Positions 47,224 to 58,292 of a stretch of DNA of 64,000 nucleotides are shown here, one piece after another. The first letter of the stretch is position 1; each line of letters starts with the position of its first letter. The DNA is from an uncultured Gemmatimonadaceae bacterium (GTDB lineage Bacteria; Gemmatimonadota; Gemmatimonadetes; Gemmatimonadales; Gemmatimonadaceae): NCBI GenBank assembly GCA_963781585.1, contig CAWAGQ010000007.1, positions 288,001-352,000 on the forward strand, given 5' to 3'. Position numbers and translations under genes: made by a program. The notes below the pieces were generated by a model. It had not been told where the DNA came from. It was given only the letters and a program-made list of their open reading frames with translations, and searched no databases.

Positions 47224-48534
47224 TCATGCCTGGGAATTCTGCCCGGCCTGCGCGCGCGACGGTTTCGCCGCACACTCGGCGGCCCTGACGAGCAACAGAT
47301 CGCGCTCGCGGCCGTTCCTGGTCAGCGTCGCGGCGTGCTCGAATTCCGCGCGCGCCTCGTCGAATCGATCGAGCCTGAACAGCAAGTCGCCGCGCACGCT
47401 CGGCAGCAGGTGATAGCTCCGGAGTGCGGGATCAGATGCCAGCTCGTCCACCAGTTCCAGCGCCGCGGCCGGTCCGAATGCCATCATCACCGCCACCGCG
47501 CGATTGAGCTCCACGATCGGCGACGGCATCACCCGGGCGAGCGCGTCGTACAGCGTCACGATGCGAGCCCACTCTGTCTCCGATCCGGTGCGTGCCCGCG
47601 CGTGACACGCCGCGATCGCCGCCTGCAGTCCATACGGACCTAACGAATCGCCGAGTTGCGCGGCGCGCGCGAGCGCGGCCAGGCCGCGCCGGATCAGCAG
47701 CTGGTCCCAACGTCCGCGATCCTGATCCAGCAGCAGCACGGGCTCTCCCGAGGGGCCGATTCGCGCCCGTGCACGCGACGCCTGGAACTCCATCAGCGCC
47801 ACCAGCGCATGCACCTCGGAATCCTGCGGCATGAGCCCCGCGAGAATGCGACCGAGCCGCAGCGCATCCTCGCACAGCGCCGGGCGCATCCAGTCGTCGC
47901 CCGCGGTGGCCGTGTAGCCCTCATTGAAGATGAGGTAGATCACCTCGAGCACGGACGAGAGCCGCGCGGCCCGTTCCTCGCCACGCGGGACCTGGTACGG
48001 AACCCGGCGCTCGGCGAGCGTGCGCTTGGCCCGGACGATGCGCTGGGCGATGGTCGGTTCGGGAACCAGGAACGCGCGGGCGATCTCGTCGGTCGTGAGG
48101 CCGCCCAGCAGGCGGAGCGTCAGCGCGACCCGCGCCTCGGTGGAGAGCACCGGATGGCAGGCGGTGAAGATGAGGCGCAGCAGGTCGTCGCCCACGTCGT
48201 CGTCGATGGCGGCGGCGAGCTCGGGTTCCGGATTGACCTGCCGACCCTCGAGATCGCGGCCGAGCTCCTCGTGCTTGCGCTCGAGCATCTGTCCCCGTCG
48301 CATGAGATCGATCGCGCGGTGCTTGGCAGTCCCCATGAGCCAGGCGCCGGGGTTGTCCGGAACGCCGGATGTGGGCCACTGCTCGAGTGCGGCGACCAGC
48401 GCATCCTGCGCGAGGTCTTCGGCCACGCCGACGTCGCGCACCATGCGCGCGAGCCCGGCGATGAGTCTCGGCGCCTCGATCCGCCAGACCGCGTCGATAG
48501 CGCTATGGGGGTCGGAAGTTGTCACGGCTGGCAA
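47224..48534 (-). CDS. ECF sigma factor with DUF6596/TPR C-terminal extension
   Basis: AEDLAQDAL, DDLLRLIFTACHP, LLGGLTTDEIARAFLV, YLIFNEGY, LLDQDRGRW, LQAAIAACHA. Confidence 0.92.
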   Translation of the reverse strand: MPAVTTSDPHSAIDAVWRIEAPRLIAGLARMVRDVGVAEDLAQDALVAALEQWPTSGVPDNPGAWLMGTAKHRAIDLMRRGQMLERKHEELGRDLEGRQVNPEPELAAAIDDDVGDDLLRLIFTACHPVLSTEARVALTLRLLGGLTTDEIARAFLVPEPTIAQRIVRAKRTLAERRVPYQVPRGEERAARLSSVLEVIYLIFNEGYTATAGDDWMRPALCEDALRLGRILAGLMPQDSEVHALVALMEFQASRARARIGPSGEPVLLLDQDRGRWDQLLIRRGLAALARAAQLGDSLGPYGLQAAIAACHARARTGSETEWARIVTLYDALARVMPSPIVELNRAVAVMMAFGPAAALELVDELASDPALRSYHLLPSVRGDLLFRLDRFDEARAEFEHAATLTRNGRERDLLLVRAAECAAKPSRAQAGQNSQA

Positions 48535-48699
48535 TCACGCCAGAGTCGTGCAAAGGGGCAAGAGTACATAAAGAGCCGTTCGTCGCAGGGCAGGGCCGCG
48601 TCGAGAGCCGGCGCTCAGGCGTCCGGGATGGCAGAGCGCCAGCACTGACGCCGGGCGGCCATGGCGGTACACTTAGGGAGCGATCAGGAGGCGCATCCG

Positions 48700-49251
48700 A
48701 TGACGGCCGGCATGCTCGAGAAGCAGGAGACCGGGCTGGCGCGAGCGGCGGAGGATCACGCGGCCGCGGTGCAGGAGTTCGTCGAACTGGCGCGGGCCCT
48801 TCCCGCAGAGCGGTGGGAACGCCCACGGGCGCCCGGCAAGTGGACCCCTGCCCAGGAAACGAAGCACCTGTCCCTCGGTTATGCCGCGTTCCTCCGCGAT
48901 CTCAACGGCGAAGCCGTCATGCGCCTGCGCGGCCGGTGGTGGCAGCGACTGATCTGGCGATGGCGCATTCTGCCTCGCATTCTCTCGGAACAGCGACTTC
49001 CGGTGGCGGTCCGGGCATCCCGTGTATCGCGGCCGGATGATCATCCTGGCGACCGTCCCACGCTCTTGGGCGAACTGGAGGAGGCGGCCGCGACGTTTCA
49101 GACGCGCGTGCTGGAAACGCATCAGCGAACGCCGAGGCGACGCGTGACGCATCCATTCTTCAATAGACTTTCACTCGAGCAGCTGCTTCGACTTTCCGCT
49201 GTGCACACCAGACATCACGGAGCGTTTCTCCGCGCGTCGCTTCCCGAATAA
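48700..49251 (+). CDS. DinB family protein
   Basis: PGKWTPAQETKHL, THPFF, VHTRHH. Confidence 0.8.
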   Translation: MTAGMLEKQETGLARAAEDHAAAVQEFVELARALPAERWERPRAPGKWTPAQETKHLSLGYAAFLRDLNGEAVMRLRGRWWQRLIWRWRILPRILSEQRLPVAVRASRVSRPDDHPGDRPTLLGELEEAAATFQTRVLETHQRTPRRRVTHPFFNRLSLEQLLRLSAVHTRHHGAFLRASLPE

Positions 49252-49284
49252 CACGTCCTGCACCCGTTTCCAGGGTTCGTAGCC

Positions 49285-51817
49285 ATGCATTCCTCCCGAC
49301 GCGACTTCCTGCAGCGCTCGGCGGCCGCCGCGGCCGCGGTGACGCTTGGTCCGCTGACGCCGCGAGCCGGTGACCCCGGCGCGGCACTAATCGCCAGCGC
49401 CCTCACCACGACCGAGGATCCGAAGGTCCGCGCGTTCGAGGAGAAGATGCTCCGCTCGCGGCCGGTCCCTCTGGCCAATGTGCGCCTCCTGGGTGGTCCA
49501 CTGCAACGCGCGCAGGAACTCACGGCAAAGTACCTGCTCGAGCCTCGAGCCCGATCGCATGATGGCGTACTACCGCGTTCGCGCCGGCCTTCCGCAGAAG
49601 GCCGAACCATATAGTGGATGGGACGGTGGGGGACGGAACCTCACCGGGCACATCGCGGGGCACCACCTGTCGGCGGTGAGCTACATGTACCTCGCCACCG
49701 GCGACGCCCGCTTCAAGGCGCGTGCCGATTATCTGGTGAAGGAGATGAAGGAGGTACAGGACAAGAACGGCGATGGATTCCTGAGCGCGCTCGAAGGACT
49801 GCGCGAAGCGTTCGCCGCCGTGTCCAGGGGCGAGATCCGATCCGGAGGATTCGACCTGAATGGGTTGTGGTCGCCGTGGTACACACTGCACAAGACGTTC
49901 GCCGGATTGCGCGACGCATATCGTCACACCGGCAATCGGACCGCGCTGGACGTGGAGATCCGGTTCGCGACGTGGGCCGAGCACGTGCTCGCGCCGCTCA
50001 GCGAAGCGCAGGTGCAGCACATGCTGAATACCGAGCACGGAGGAATGAATGAAGTGCTCGCCGACCTCTACGCCGACACCGGCGACAAGCGGTGGCTCGA
50101 TCTCTCGTATCGCTTCGAGCACCACGCGTTCACCGATCCGCTGAAGCGCGGCCAGGACAACCTGTCCGGCAAGCACGGCAACTGTCAGATTCCGAAGCTG
50201 ATCGGCTCGGCGGCGCGGTACGGATACACGGCCGACACCGGCGACATTCTGGCCGCGTCATTCTTCTGGGAGCGGGTGGCTCAGCACCACAGCTACGCGA
50301 CTGGCGGCCACGGCCTGGCCGAGTACTTCGGACCGCCGGACCAGCTGAGCCCGCGTGTGGACGGGCGCACGTGCGAGAGCTGCAACGTGTACAACATGCT
50401 CAAGCTCACGCGGCGCCTGTTCTCCCTCCGTCCAGATCCGCTGTACGCCGATTTCCACGAGCGCGCCCTGTTCAATCACGTGCTCGCGTCGGTCGACTTC
50501 GAGACGTATCACACGTCGTACATGGTGCCGGTGGGGCGCGGCGTGCAGCAGGAGTACCAGAACATGCTCCAGAGCTTCACGTGTTGCGTGGGCACGGGCA
50601 TGGAGAACCATGGGCTGCACGGCTACGGCATCTATTACGAGTCGGCCGACGCGTCGAAGCCCACCCTGTGGGTGAATCTGTTCGCCCCGTCCACCGCGCG
50701 CTTTCCCCTGGCGGGAGTCGACCTGAGAATGGACACCGGTTTTCCCGATGGCGATGACGCGACCATGACCCTCACGGTTCCGCAGCCGAAGGAGTTCACC
50801 CTGGCAGTGAGGCGTCCGGTATGGGCTGGCGACGGATTCGCGGTGCGTGTGAATGGCGAGCTGATGGAGCGGCCTCCGCTGGAAAGTTTGCACGACGCTG
50901 CCGCGGGCGGGCGGGGCGGGGCGCCGGGGAACGAGGCGGCGACACCGTCCAGCACCTATGTGGAGCTTACCCGGACCTGGAAGACCGGTGACCGGGTGGA
51001 GCTCGCGCTGCCCAAGTCCGTGCACCTGGAGCCGACCCCCGACAACACGTCGGTTGCGGCGATCATGTGGGGTCCGCTGGTACTGGCGGGCGATCTGGGT
51101 GCGCGGCGGGAAGGGCGGGGGGCAGTCGAGCCGCCGATTCCGGTGCTGGTTGCCGCCGGCCGGCCGGTGACCGAATGGGTTCTGCCTGACGGGGCGAAGG
51201 CCGGCGACTTCCGCGTGCAGCAAGTGGCCCGGGTGATCGCCGAGCCCGGTGTACCGGGAGACGTGACGTTGGCGCCGTTCCACCGCACCGACGAGCGCAC
51301 CTACAGCGTCTACTTCGATGTCGTCACGCCGCAGGAATTCGACGCGCGGGTGGGGGCGCTGGCCGCCTCCCGCGAGCATGCGCGCCGGCTGGAGGCCGCC
51401 ACGGTGGGATTCGTGCAGCCCGGTTCGCCGGCCTCGGAGCAGACGGCGAACTACCGGAGCGACCCCGAGAATCGCCCGCCGCAGCGCGCCGCCGGCCGCA
51501 CCGGCCGCGGAGGACCGGGGTGGTTCTCCTATGATCTGGCCGTCGACGTCACCACCGGGATGGCGCTGGTGGTCACGTATCTGAACGAGCGCGGGTTGCC
51601 GCCGGCGACCGGAACATTCGAGATCCTGGTGGACGGCACGTCGATCGCACCGTTCATGCCTAACGAGACGGCCACCGGATTCTACGACGCGCAGTACACG
51701 GTGCCGGCGAACCTCGTCGAGGGGAAGTCGAAAGTGACAGTGCGCTTCCAGGCCGCTCCCAACGCGCGGATCGCGCCGGTGTTCGGCGTGCGGATGGTTC
51801 GCGCGAAGGACCTGTGA
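49285..51817 (+). CDS. Tat-exported GH127/GH146-like beta-L-arabinofuranosidase, frameshifted
   Basis: SRRDFL signal; GHIAGHHLSA, WYTLHK, EHGGMNE, HGNCQIPK, ESCNVYNMLKL, FTCCVGTGMENH; frameshift near 49542. Confidence 0.9.
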
Positions 51818-51830
51818 GCCCGCGCACCGG

Positions 51831-52631
51831 GTGAACACCGACGAGTACAGACCGATCGCCGAGCTGTACGATCATGTGCCGCTCTATCGTGATCGAAGCG
51901 ATGTCGCGTTCTACGTCCACATGGCCACGGCAGCAGGTGGGCCGGTGCTGGAGCTCGGATGCGGTACCGGTCGCGTGCTCATCCCCACCGCGCGCGCCGG
52001 AGTCGAGGTCGTCGGGCTGGATGCGTCGCCGCACATGCTCGCGGCGTGTCGCGCGCACCTCGCCCGTGAGCCGGACGAGCTGCGAGCCCGGGTTGCGCTG
52101 GTGGCCGGCGACATGCGCGACTTCGATCTCGGACGCACCTTTGCGCTGGTGACGATTCCGTTCCGGCCGTTTCAGCATCTGACCGGGGTCGCCGATCAAC
52201 TGGCATGCCTGGCGACCGTGCGCCGCCACCTGGTGGACGGCGGCACGCTCGTGTTCGACGTATTCAATCCGTCGCTCGATGCTCTCGCGGCGGAGAAGCC
52301 GGGGGTGGAAGTGGGGGACGAAGCCCCGTTCACGACGCCGGACGGCCGTCGCGTGGTCCGTCGCTTCCGCATCGTTTCGTACGATCGGTTCAATCAGGTC
52401 AATCAGACGGAACTGATCTACTACGTCACCCATCCCGACGGTCGTGAAGAGCGGCTCGTGCATGCCTTCGCGATGCGATACCTCTTCCGCTACGAGGTCG
52501 AGCACTTGCTGGCGCGCGCCGGGTTCCAGCTGCAGCAGGTGTTTTCCGGATGCGATCGGGCGCCCTACGGATCAACCTATCCGGGCGACCTGGTGCTGGT
52601 CGCGCGCAAGGAAGGCGCGCCCGGGAGATGA
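51831..52631 (+). CDS. class I SAM-dependent methyltransferase
   Basis: VLELGCGTGR, GLDAS, GDMRDF. Confidence 0.9.
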   Translation: MNTDEYRPIAELYDHVPLYRDRSDVAFYVHMATAAGGPVLELGCGTGRVLIPTARAGVEVVGLDASPHMLAACRAHLAREPDELRARVALVAGDMRDFDLGRTFALVTIPFRPFQHLTGVADQLACLATVRRHLVDGGTLVFDVFNPSLDALAAEKPGVEVGDEAPFTTPDGRRVVRRFRIVSYDRFNQVNQTELIYYVTHPDGREERLVHAFAMRYLFRYEVEHLLARAGFQLQQVFSGCDRAPYGSTYPGDLVLVARKEGAPGR

Positions 52632-52752
52632 AGTGCTGGCCGATGTCGGCGTAGCGAGTAGCCGAGGGCGGGCGTACCGTCATCTCGACTGGACGGAGAA
52701 TGCCGCCGATTCCCGGGTCGACTCAACCCGCGCGACCGTCAGGCCCTTCAGC

Positions 52753-54627
52753 TCATCGGCAAGCCGGATACGAGGGATCCGCTCCCGAGATGGCCGGTCG
52801 GTCCCTGCGGTTGGCGACGGCCAGCATGACGTCGTGAATGAAGCGCCCCAGGCGAGCCGCGTGGTCGTATTCGATGTACTGCGGTTCGTCGGTCGGCTGG
52901 TGATAGTCCTCGGCGTAGCCGGTGGAGAAATAGGTTACAGGTACGTCGTGGTGCACATAGTTCACCTGGTCGCTGCGGCAGAAGCGATTCATGGGATTGG
53001 CCGGTACGTCCCACGACCGGTCGATGGCCATGACCTCCGTGCGGTTCGCGTTCACGGAGTCGATGATGTCGCCGAACTCCCGCGAGAGGCGTCGCGAGCC
53101 GAGGGTCTGGACCGAGCTGGGGCCGCCGAATTTGACCTGATCCACCCGGCCCTTGCCGACCATGTCCATGTTGTGGGCGGCGGCAATCGACGCGAGCGGG
53201 ATGGTTGGATGGTCGGTGAACCACCGTGAGCCAAGCAGGCCTGCCTCCTCGCCTTCGTGGGAGACGAAGATGATGGACCGCGCCGGCTTCTCGCTGGCGA
53301 ACTGCTCCGCGATTTCGAGCAGCACCACCGTGCCGGAGCCGTCGTCGTCGGCGCCGTTCATGATCGAATCGCGTCGCGGCGGGCGAATGCCGCGAGCGCG
53401 TGCGATCAGCGAGTCGATCTCGTGCTGTTGAGATGCCGTGGGGCGGCACACCGGATCGTTCGCGCCCTGGCGCCTGGTCACCAGGTTCACGGCGCGCAGC
53501 GAATCGTGATCGACCGCCGTCGTCGCCGTCCCCACGTGATCGTTGTGCGCCCCGACCAGCACGTATTCGCCGGCCCGCGCCGGGTCTGATCCGGGGAGGA
53601 TGGCGATCACATTACGGGCCGGATACTTCGACATGTGCCAGGCGTAGGTCCAGCTCGCGGTCACCGGCTTCCCCGCCGCACCGATCGCGAGCTGGCCGAC
53701 CGGCGTGCCGAAGAGGCTCGACGCTGCCGCGGCAGTTATCGTCGCACCCGGCAGGCCGGTTGAATCGTCAGGCGCGGCCGGCTGCATTCCCATGCGTCCG
53801 CCGAACGCCGCCGCCACCGCGGCCGGGGCGATCTGATCAGGGTCCACGAACAGCGCCGCCACCGCACCGGCCCGCTCGGCCCGCGTGTCGCGCGCACCGG
53901 CACCGCCGCGGCCCCCGCGTCCGCCCCGACCACCACGTCCGCCCGACGCCGCATCGGCCTGCGCTGCGGCGAAGGCGCCGAAGCGATCCGGCAGCGAGTC
54001 GCACGGGGCCACGCGAGCCGGCCCGCGTCCCCCGCCGCCCGCGCCCGGTCCTCCCGTGAAGACCGCTACTTTGCCCCGGAACACGGCCGGATCGAGCGCG
54101 ACTGTATCACCCCACCGTCCGGCGAAGACGACCGGAACGTTCGTGAGGTCCGCATGTCCACCCAGCCCGTTCGCGGCCGCCGGCGCGACGGGAACCCAAT
54201 CCGATCCCGCGGCGAGCGGCTTGCCGGCCGCGATCAGGCGCGATGCACCGCTGTCGAATCCCAGAGGCCCATACGGCATCACCTGGAAGTAGGTCCCGTT
54301 GTCGCCGCCCGGCTTGAGGCCGAGTCGCTTGAATTCGCGTGCGATGTACTCGGTCCCCTTGTAGTTGCCCAGTTCGCCGATGCGGCGCCCCATCATGGAG
54401 TCGTCGGCGAACTGGTAGAGGCGTGTGCGCAGATCGTTGGCCGTGATCGCCGTGGTTGTGGGACGCGGCGCCCAGGTCCGTGGCCCTTCGTCGGGCCAGA
54501 CGGTCTTCGACGGTGCGGGCTTTACAGCGACGCCCCCGGGTCTGTTCTGTGCGCCGACGGGTGCGGCGAGAGACACGGCGAGCGCGGAGAGCGCGGCAGT
54601 GCGGGCGAGGAAGTGAGGTCTGGACAC
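52753..54627 (-). CDS. secreted M28 peptidase with PA domain
   Basis: Signal peptide; GAHNDH, NGADDDGSG, GEEAGLLGS, NMDMVG, RSDQ, DYHQPTD. Confidence 0.92.
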   Translation of the reverse strand: MSRPHFLARTAALSALAVSLAAPVGAQNRPGGVAVKPAPSKTVWPDEGPRTWAPRPTTTAITANDLRTRLYQFADDSMMGRRIGELGNYKGTEYIAREFKRLGLKPGGDNGTYFQVMPYGPLGFDSGASRLIAAGKPLAAGSDWVPVAPAAANGLGGHADLTNVPVVFAGRWGDTVALDPAVFRGKVAVFTGGPGAGGGGRGPARVAPCDSLPDRFGAFAAAQADAASGGRGGRGGRGGRGGAGARDTRAERAGAVAALFVDPDQIAPAAVAAAFGGRMGMQPAAPDDSTGLPGATITAAAASSLFGTPVGQLAIGAAGKPVTASWTYAWHMSKYPARNVIAILPGSDPARAGEYVLVGAHNDHVGTATTAVDHDSLRAVNLVTRRQGANDPVCRPTASQQHEIDSLIARARGIRPPRRDSIMNGADDDGSGTVVLLEIAEQFASEKPARSIIFVSHEGEEAGLLGSRWFTDHPTIPLASIAAAHNMDMVGKGRVDQVKFGGPSSVQTLGSRRLSREFGDIIDSVNANRTEVMAIDRSWDVPANPMNRFCRSDQVNYVHHDVPVTYFSTGYAEDYHQPTDEPQYIEYDHAARLGRFIHDVMLAVANRRDRPAISGADPSYPACR

Positions 54628-54665
54628 GGTGACTCTGTGACGGTGGATGGGAAGAACCGGGCTGG

Positions 54666-54771
54666 GAAATCAGGGTCAGACTCGAACTGGAGGAAATCCG
54701 GGTCAGACGCGAATCAGCGATGCGAGTCTGACCCTGATTTCTGTTCCGATTCGAGTCTGACCCTTATTCCC
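54666..54771. repeat. nested inverted cluster of four REP-like units (GGGTCAGACTCG)
   Basis: Two forward units (54666-54686, 54693-54715) then two reverse units (54719-54741, 54748-54771), able to form one long hairpin. Confidence 0.8.
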
Positions 54772-54878
54772 ATGCGAGCGGGCGATGTCTCGAAGCTACG
54801 CCTGCTCCCGGTGTGTGGCGAGTAGTGGCGATCCAGCGCGCGCGTTCCTCCGAATCGGTGTCGGGGAACGGCCGACAC

Positions 54879-54928
54879 TTGACGTGGTGGCCGGCCATCC
54901 CTATGCTCCACTCACAACGTGAGTGGAG
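54879..54928 (+). promoter_or_regulatory. sigma70-type promoter and perfect palindromic operator of padR
   Basis: TTGACG (54879)-N17-TATGCT (54902); CTCCACTCAC-AAC-GTGAGTGGAG at 54906-54928 covers the likely TSS and RBS. Confidence 0.75.
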
Positions 54929-54933
54929 AGACC

Positions 54934-55278
54934 ATGGATCGCGCGCCGGCCGACATGCTGCGGGGCACCGTCGATCTGCTCGTCCTCAAGACGCTGAGCT
55001 GGGGTGAGATGCACGGCTACGCGATCTCCGAATGGCTGCGCGAGCGGAGCGACGGCGCGCTGCGGGTCGAGGATGCCGCGCTCTACCAGGCCCTCCACCG
55101 TCTGGAGCGTCAGGGTGTGATCGCCTCGGAGTGGGGCGCGTCGGAGAACAACCGGCGGGCGCGCTACTATCGTCTCACGGCACGCGGCCGGGCGCGGCTC
55201 CGCGCCGACGGGACCGCGTTCCGCGATTTCGCGCGGGCGGTGCTGGTGGTGCTCGACGCGCGTGTCCAGGGAGCGTGA
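54934..55278 (+). CDS. PadR family transcriptional regulator
   Basis: LRGTVDLLVLKTL, MHGYAI, ALYQALHRLE, WGASENNRRARYYRLT. Confidence 0.93.
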   Translation: MDRAPADMLRGTVDLLVLKTLSWGEMHGYAISEWLRERSDGALRVEDAALYQALHRLERQGVIASEWGASENNRRARYYRLTARGRARLRADGTAFRDFARAVLVVLDARVQGA

Positions 55279-55283
55279 GACCG

Positions 55284-57820
55284 ATGTCGCCTGACGAGGC
55301 GGGGCGCCGGGCACGTTTCCATCTCCCCGGCCGGACTGATTCGCAGATCCGCCGCGAGATCGGCGAAGAGCTGGAGTTCCACATCGCGGCGCGCGCGGCG
55401 GCACTCGTCAGGCAGGGAATCGATCCCCAGCAGGCCCGGGCCGGCGCCGAGCGCGAATTCGGCGACATCGAGCGCACGCGGGCGTACTGCGCCGCGCAGG
55501 ACAGCGCGGTCGAGCGGGCGCGTCGGCGCGCGGCCTGGCACCGGGATCTGTCAAGCGACCTGCGCGTAGCGGTCCGCTCGGCCGGCCGCCGTCCGCTGCA
55601 CGCGGCGGTGGCGATCGCTACGCTCGCACTGGGCCTGGCATCGGTGCTCGCCATGAGCACGGTAGTGCGGCGGCTGGTGCTGTCGCCGAACCCGTATCCC
55701 GGGGGTGACCGGCTGGTCACGATCTGGCAGCAGCCGCCCGGGGGCGGCGACGTGCTGCTGCTTCCCTTCAGCGACGCTGCCGACGCGTGGCGCGTGCGCG
55801 CCACCACGCTCGAAGGGGTGGAGGACAACCGGCCGCGGGGCCCGGATGCTGCTCGACGACGGCGGGGACGCGGCTCTGGTGAGCGTGGCCGCGTGCGACG
55901 AGCGGCTGTTGTCGTTCCTGGGAATGACCGTGGCGCGCGGCCGCGGATTCACGGCCGACGACCGGCGTGCGGGAGCGCCGGCGGTGGCGCTCATCAGCCA
56001 CGCGCTCTGGCGGCGCCGCTTTGCCAGCGCGCCGGACATCGTGGGCCGGCACATCCGACTCGACGACGCTCAGGTCGAGATCGCGGGCGTGGCGCCGCCG
56101 GACTTGCGCGGCGTGCCGGGCCTGGGAATCCAAATCGATGTCTGGCTTCCGGCGGCGACGAGCGTGGCGCAACGGACGCCATGGTTCGTCGTCGCCCGAC
56201 TGCGTCCTGGCGTGTCGGCCGCCACCGCGGGAAAGGAAGCGACCGATATCCTGCAATCCCTGGTCGGCGGCCCGCCGCTCGCCCGCGGCACCGCCACGGT
56301 GCAGACGGCGCGTGATCTGCTTGGCGCTCGGCGCGTCGCGGTGGCGCATCGCGCGATTGAGTCTCGCCGAAGCGCTGGTGATGGGAGCGGCAGCCTTTGT
56401 GCTCCACCTGCCGCTTTCGGTCGCACTGATGCGCGCAGCGGCGCTGTCGCGACCGGAAGCCCTCTGGATGCTCGATCGCGTTTCGCCTGATGGTCGCGTG
56501 CTGCTCGCCGGTGCGTTAGGCACGATGCTGCTGACGGCTGGCTGCGCGCTGGCGGCGATGTGGAGCGGCGTCCCTCGCGATTTCACGCCGCTGCGCAGCG
56601 GCGAGGCGTCGGCCACGCCGGGCACGCATCGCCTGCGCCGAGTGCTCATCACCGCCGAAGTCGCGCTGGCCTGCGTGCTGGTGGTGGGGGCGGTGCTCCT
56701 CGGGCGTTCGTTCGTCGCGCTGGTGCGGCGCGACCCGGGGTTCCGTCCCGACGGCGCGCTGATCCTCACCCTCAGACCGCCGCCAGCCTCCGGAGCAAGG
56801 CCCGCCATCCGGGGAGACGATCCACGCTGGGAAACACTGGTGCGGGCGATCGAGGCGCAGCCGGGCATTGTTGGCGCCACGCGCGGTGTCTCGATGCCGC
56901 CGGAGAGCGGCATCGAGTTCGGGCAGCTCGAGATCGAGGGACGCGAGACGACCGGCGACCAGGGGGCCGCGACCGCCTCGGCGAGTTACGTGTCGGCAGG
57001 ATTCTTCCGGCTGGCTGGCATCCGGCTGATCGAGGGTGCCGACTTCCCCACGGGACTGACGACATCGGAGCAGCCGGTGATCATCAACCGATCGATGGCG
57101 CGGCGATTCTGGCCGACCGGCGGTGCGGTGGGAGCCCGGATCCGGTTCACGGTTCGCGGAAGCCGACAACAGGCGCCGCCGTGGCACCGCGTGGTTGGCG
57201 TGGCTGACGACGTTCTGGCGCAGGGACTCCACTCCGACGAACGCGCCATTCACGTCTACCACACTATGACCGAGTTCGGCGGCACGCCCGAGTACTTCGT
57301 GCGCTTCCGCGGCGCGCGCGACGCCGCGGCGCGACAGGTGCGTGCCATCGTTCACGAGGTGACGCCAGACGTTGCGGTCGAGAAGGTGTCGTTCGCGGAC
57401 GACCTGCTCCTGGAGAGTGCGCGCGCCGATCGCTTCTATCTGATCGTCCTCGGAGTCATCGCGGTGCTGGCCGGGTCGCTGGCAATCGTCGGTGTGTTCG
57501 GCGTGGTGGCCAGCATCACCCTGCAGCGCACCCGCGAGATTGCCGTCCGCATCGCGCTCGGCTCCACGCCGGCGCGCATCTACACGACGGTGATCGGCGA
57601 CGGGATGCGGGCGGTGTTGCTTGGTCTGGCGATTGGTATCGCCGGTGCGGGGGCGCTCGGACACGCGTTGCGAGCGCTGCTGTACGGCGTGAACGCGGAC
57701 GATCCCATCGCGTTCGCAATCGCGGTGGTGCTGATCGCTGCTGCCGCAACGGGTGCCTGCGTTTTTCCCGCGCGACGCGCGGCGCGGTTGGAACCGGCGG
57801 CCGTATTGCGGTCGGAGTAG
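55284..57820 (+). CDS. ADOP-type duplicated ABC permease, frameshifted, with apparent internal deletion
   Basis: EIGEELEFH...REFGD prefix, AEVALACVLVVGAVLL, REIAVRIALG, PARRAARLEPAAVLRSE; breaks near 55830 and 56325. Confidence 0.85.
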
Positions 57821-57831
57821 GTTGGCCGACG

Positions 57832-58254
57832 CTAGGTTTCGCGAGGACGGCGCAGCAAACGATCCAGCGACAGCTCGCCCGCGCCAAGAGCGGCGATGGT
57901 CAGGCAGGCTCCAAGCAGCGTGAGCTCGAACTCGTAGCCATATGGCGTGAAAAACCCGCCCTTGAACCGCGCCACCGGAATCGCGACCGACATCTCGATC
58001 GCCAGCAGCAAACCCACCCACCGGGCCTGGAACCCCAACAGGATCGCCAGCCCGCCGAACGGCTCGAGCACGAGGAGAATCAGCGCAAAAAACGTCGGGA
58101 TGGGGAACCCGAGTTTGGCGAGCATGTCTGTCACTCCGGAGAGGCCGAAGTAGAAGAGCTTTTGCCCACCGTGCATGAGAAAGACCAGTGCCACCACAAG
58201 CCGAAGTGGCACCAGTCCCCACCGCTCGAGACTACCGCCAGCCGTCTTCGTCAT
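57832..58254 (-). CDS. DoxX family inner-membrane protein
   Basis: LRLVVALVFLMHGGQKL, EPFGGLAILLGFQAR, GYEFELTL, GAGELSLD. Confidence 0.9.
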   Translation of the reverse strand: MTKTAGGSLERWGLVPLRLVVALVFLMHGGQKLFYFGLSGVTDMLAKLGFPIPTFFALILLVLEPFGGLAILLGFQARWVGLLLAIEMSVAIPVARFKGGFFTPYGYEFELTLLGACLTIAALGAGELSLDRLLRRPRET

Positions 58255-58292
58255 GCTGACCTTCCGTGCCGCAATCGAGTGAGCATGCAGGC

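Noticed and set aside
54666..54771. Possible mini CRISPR array
   Set aside because: Units are inverted, spacers are only 3-6 bp and no cas genes are present
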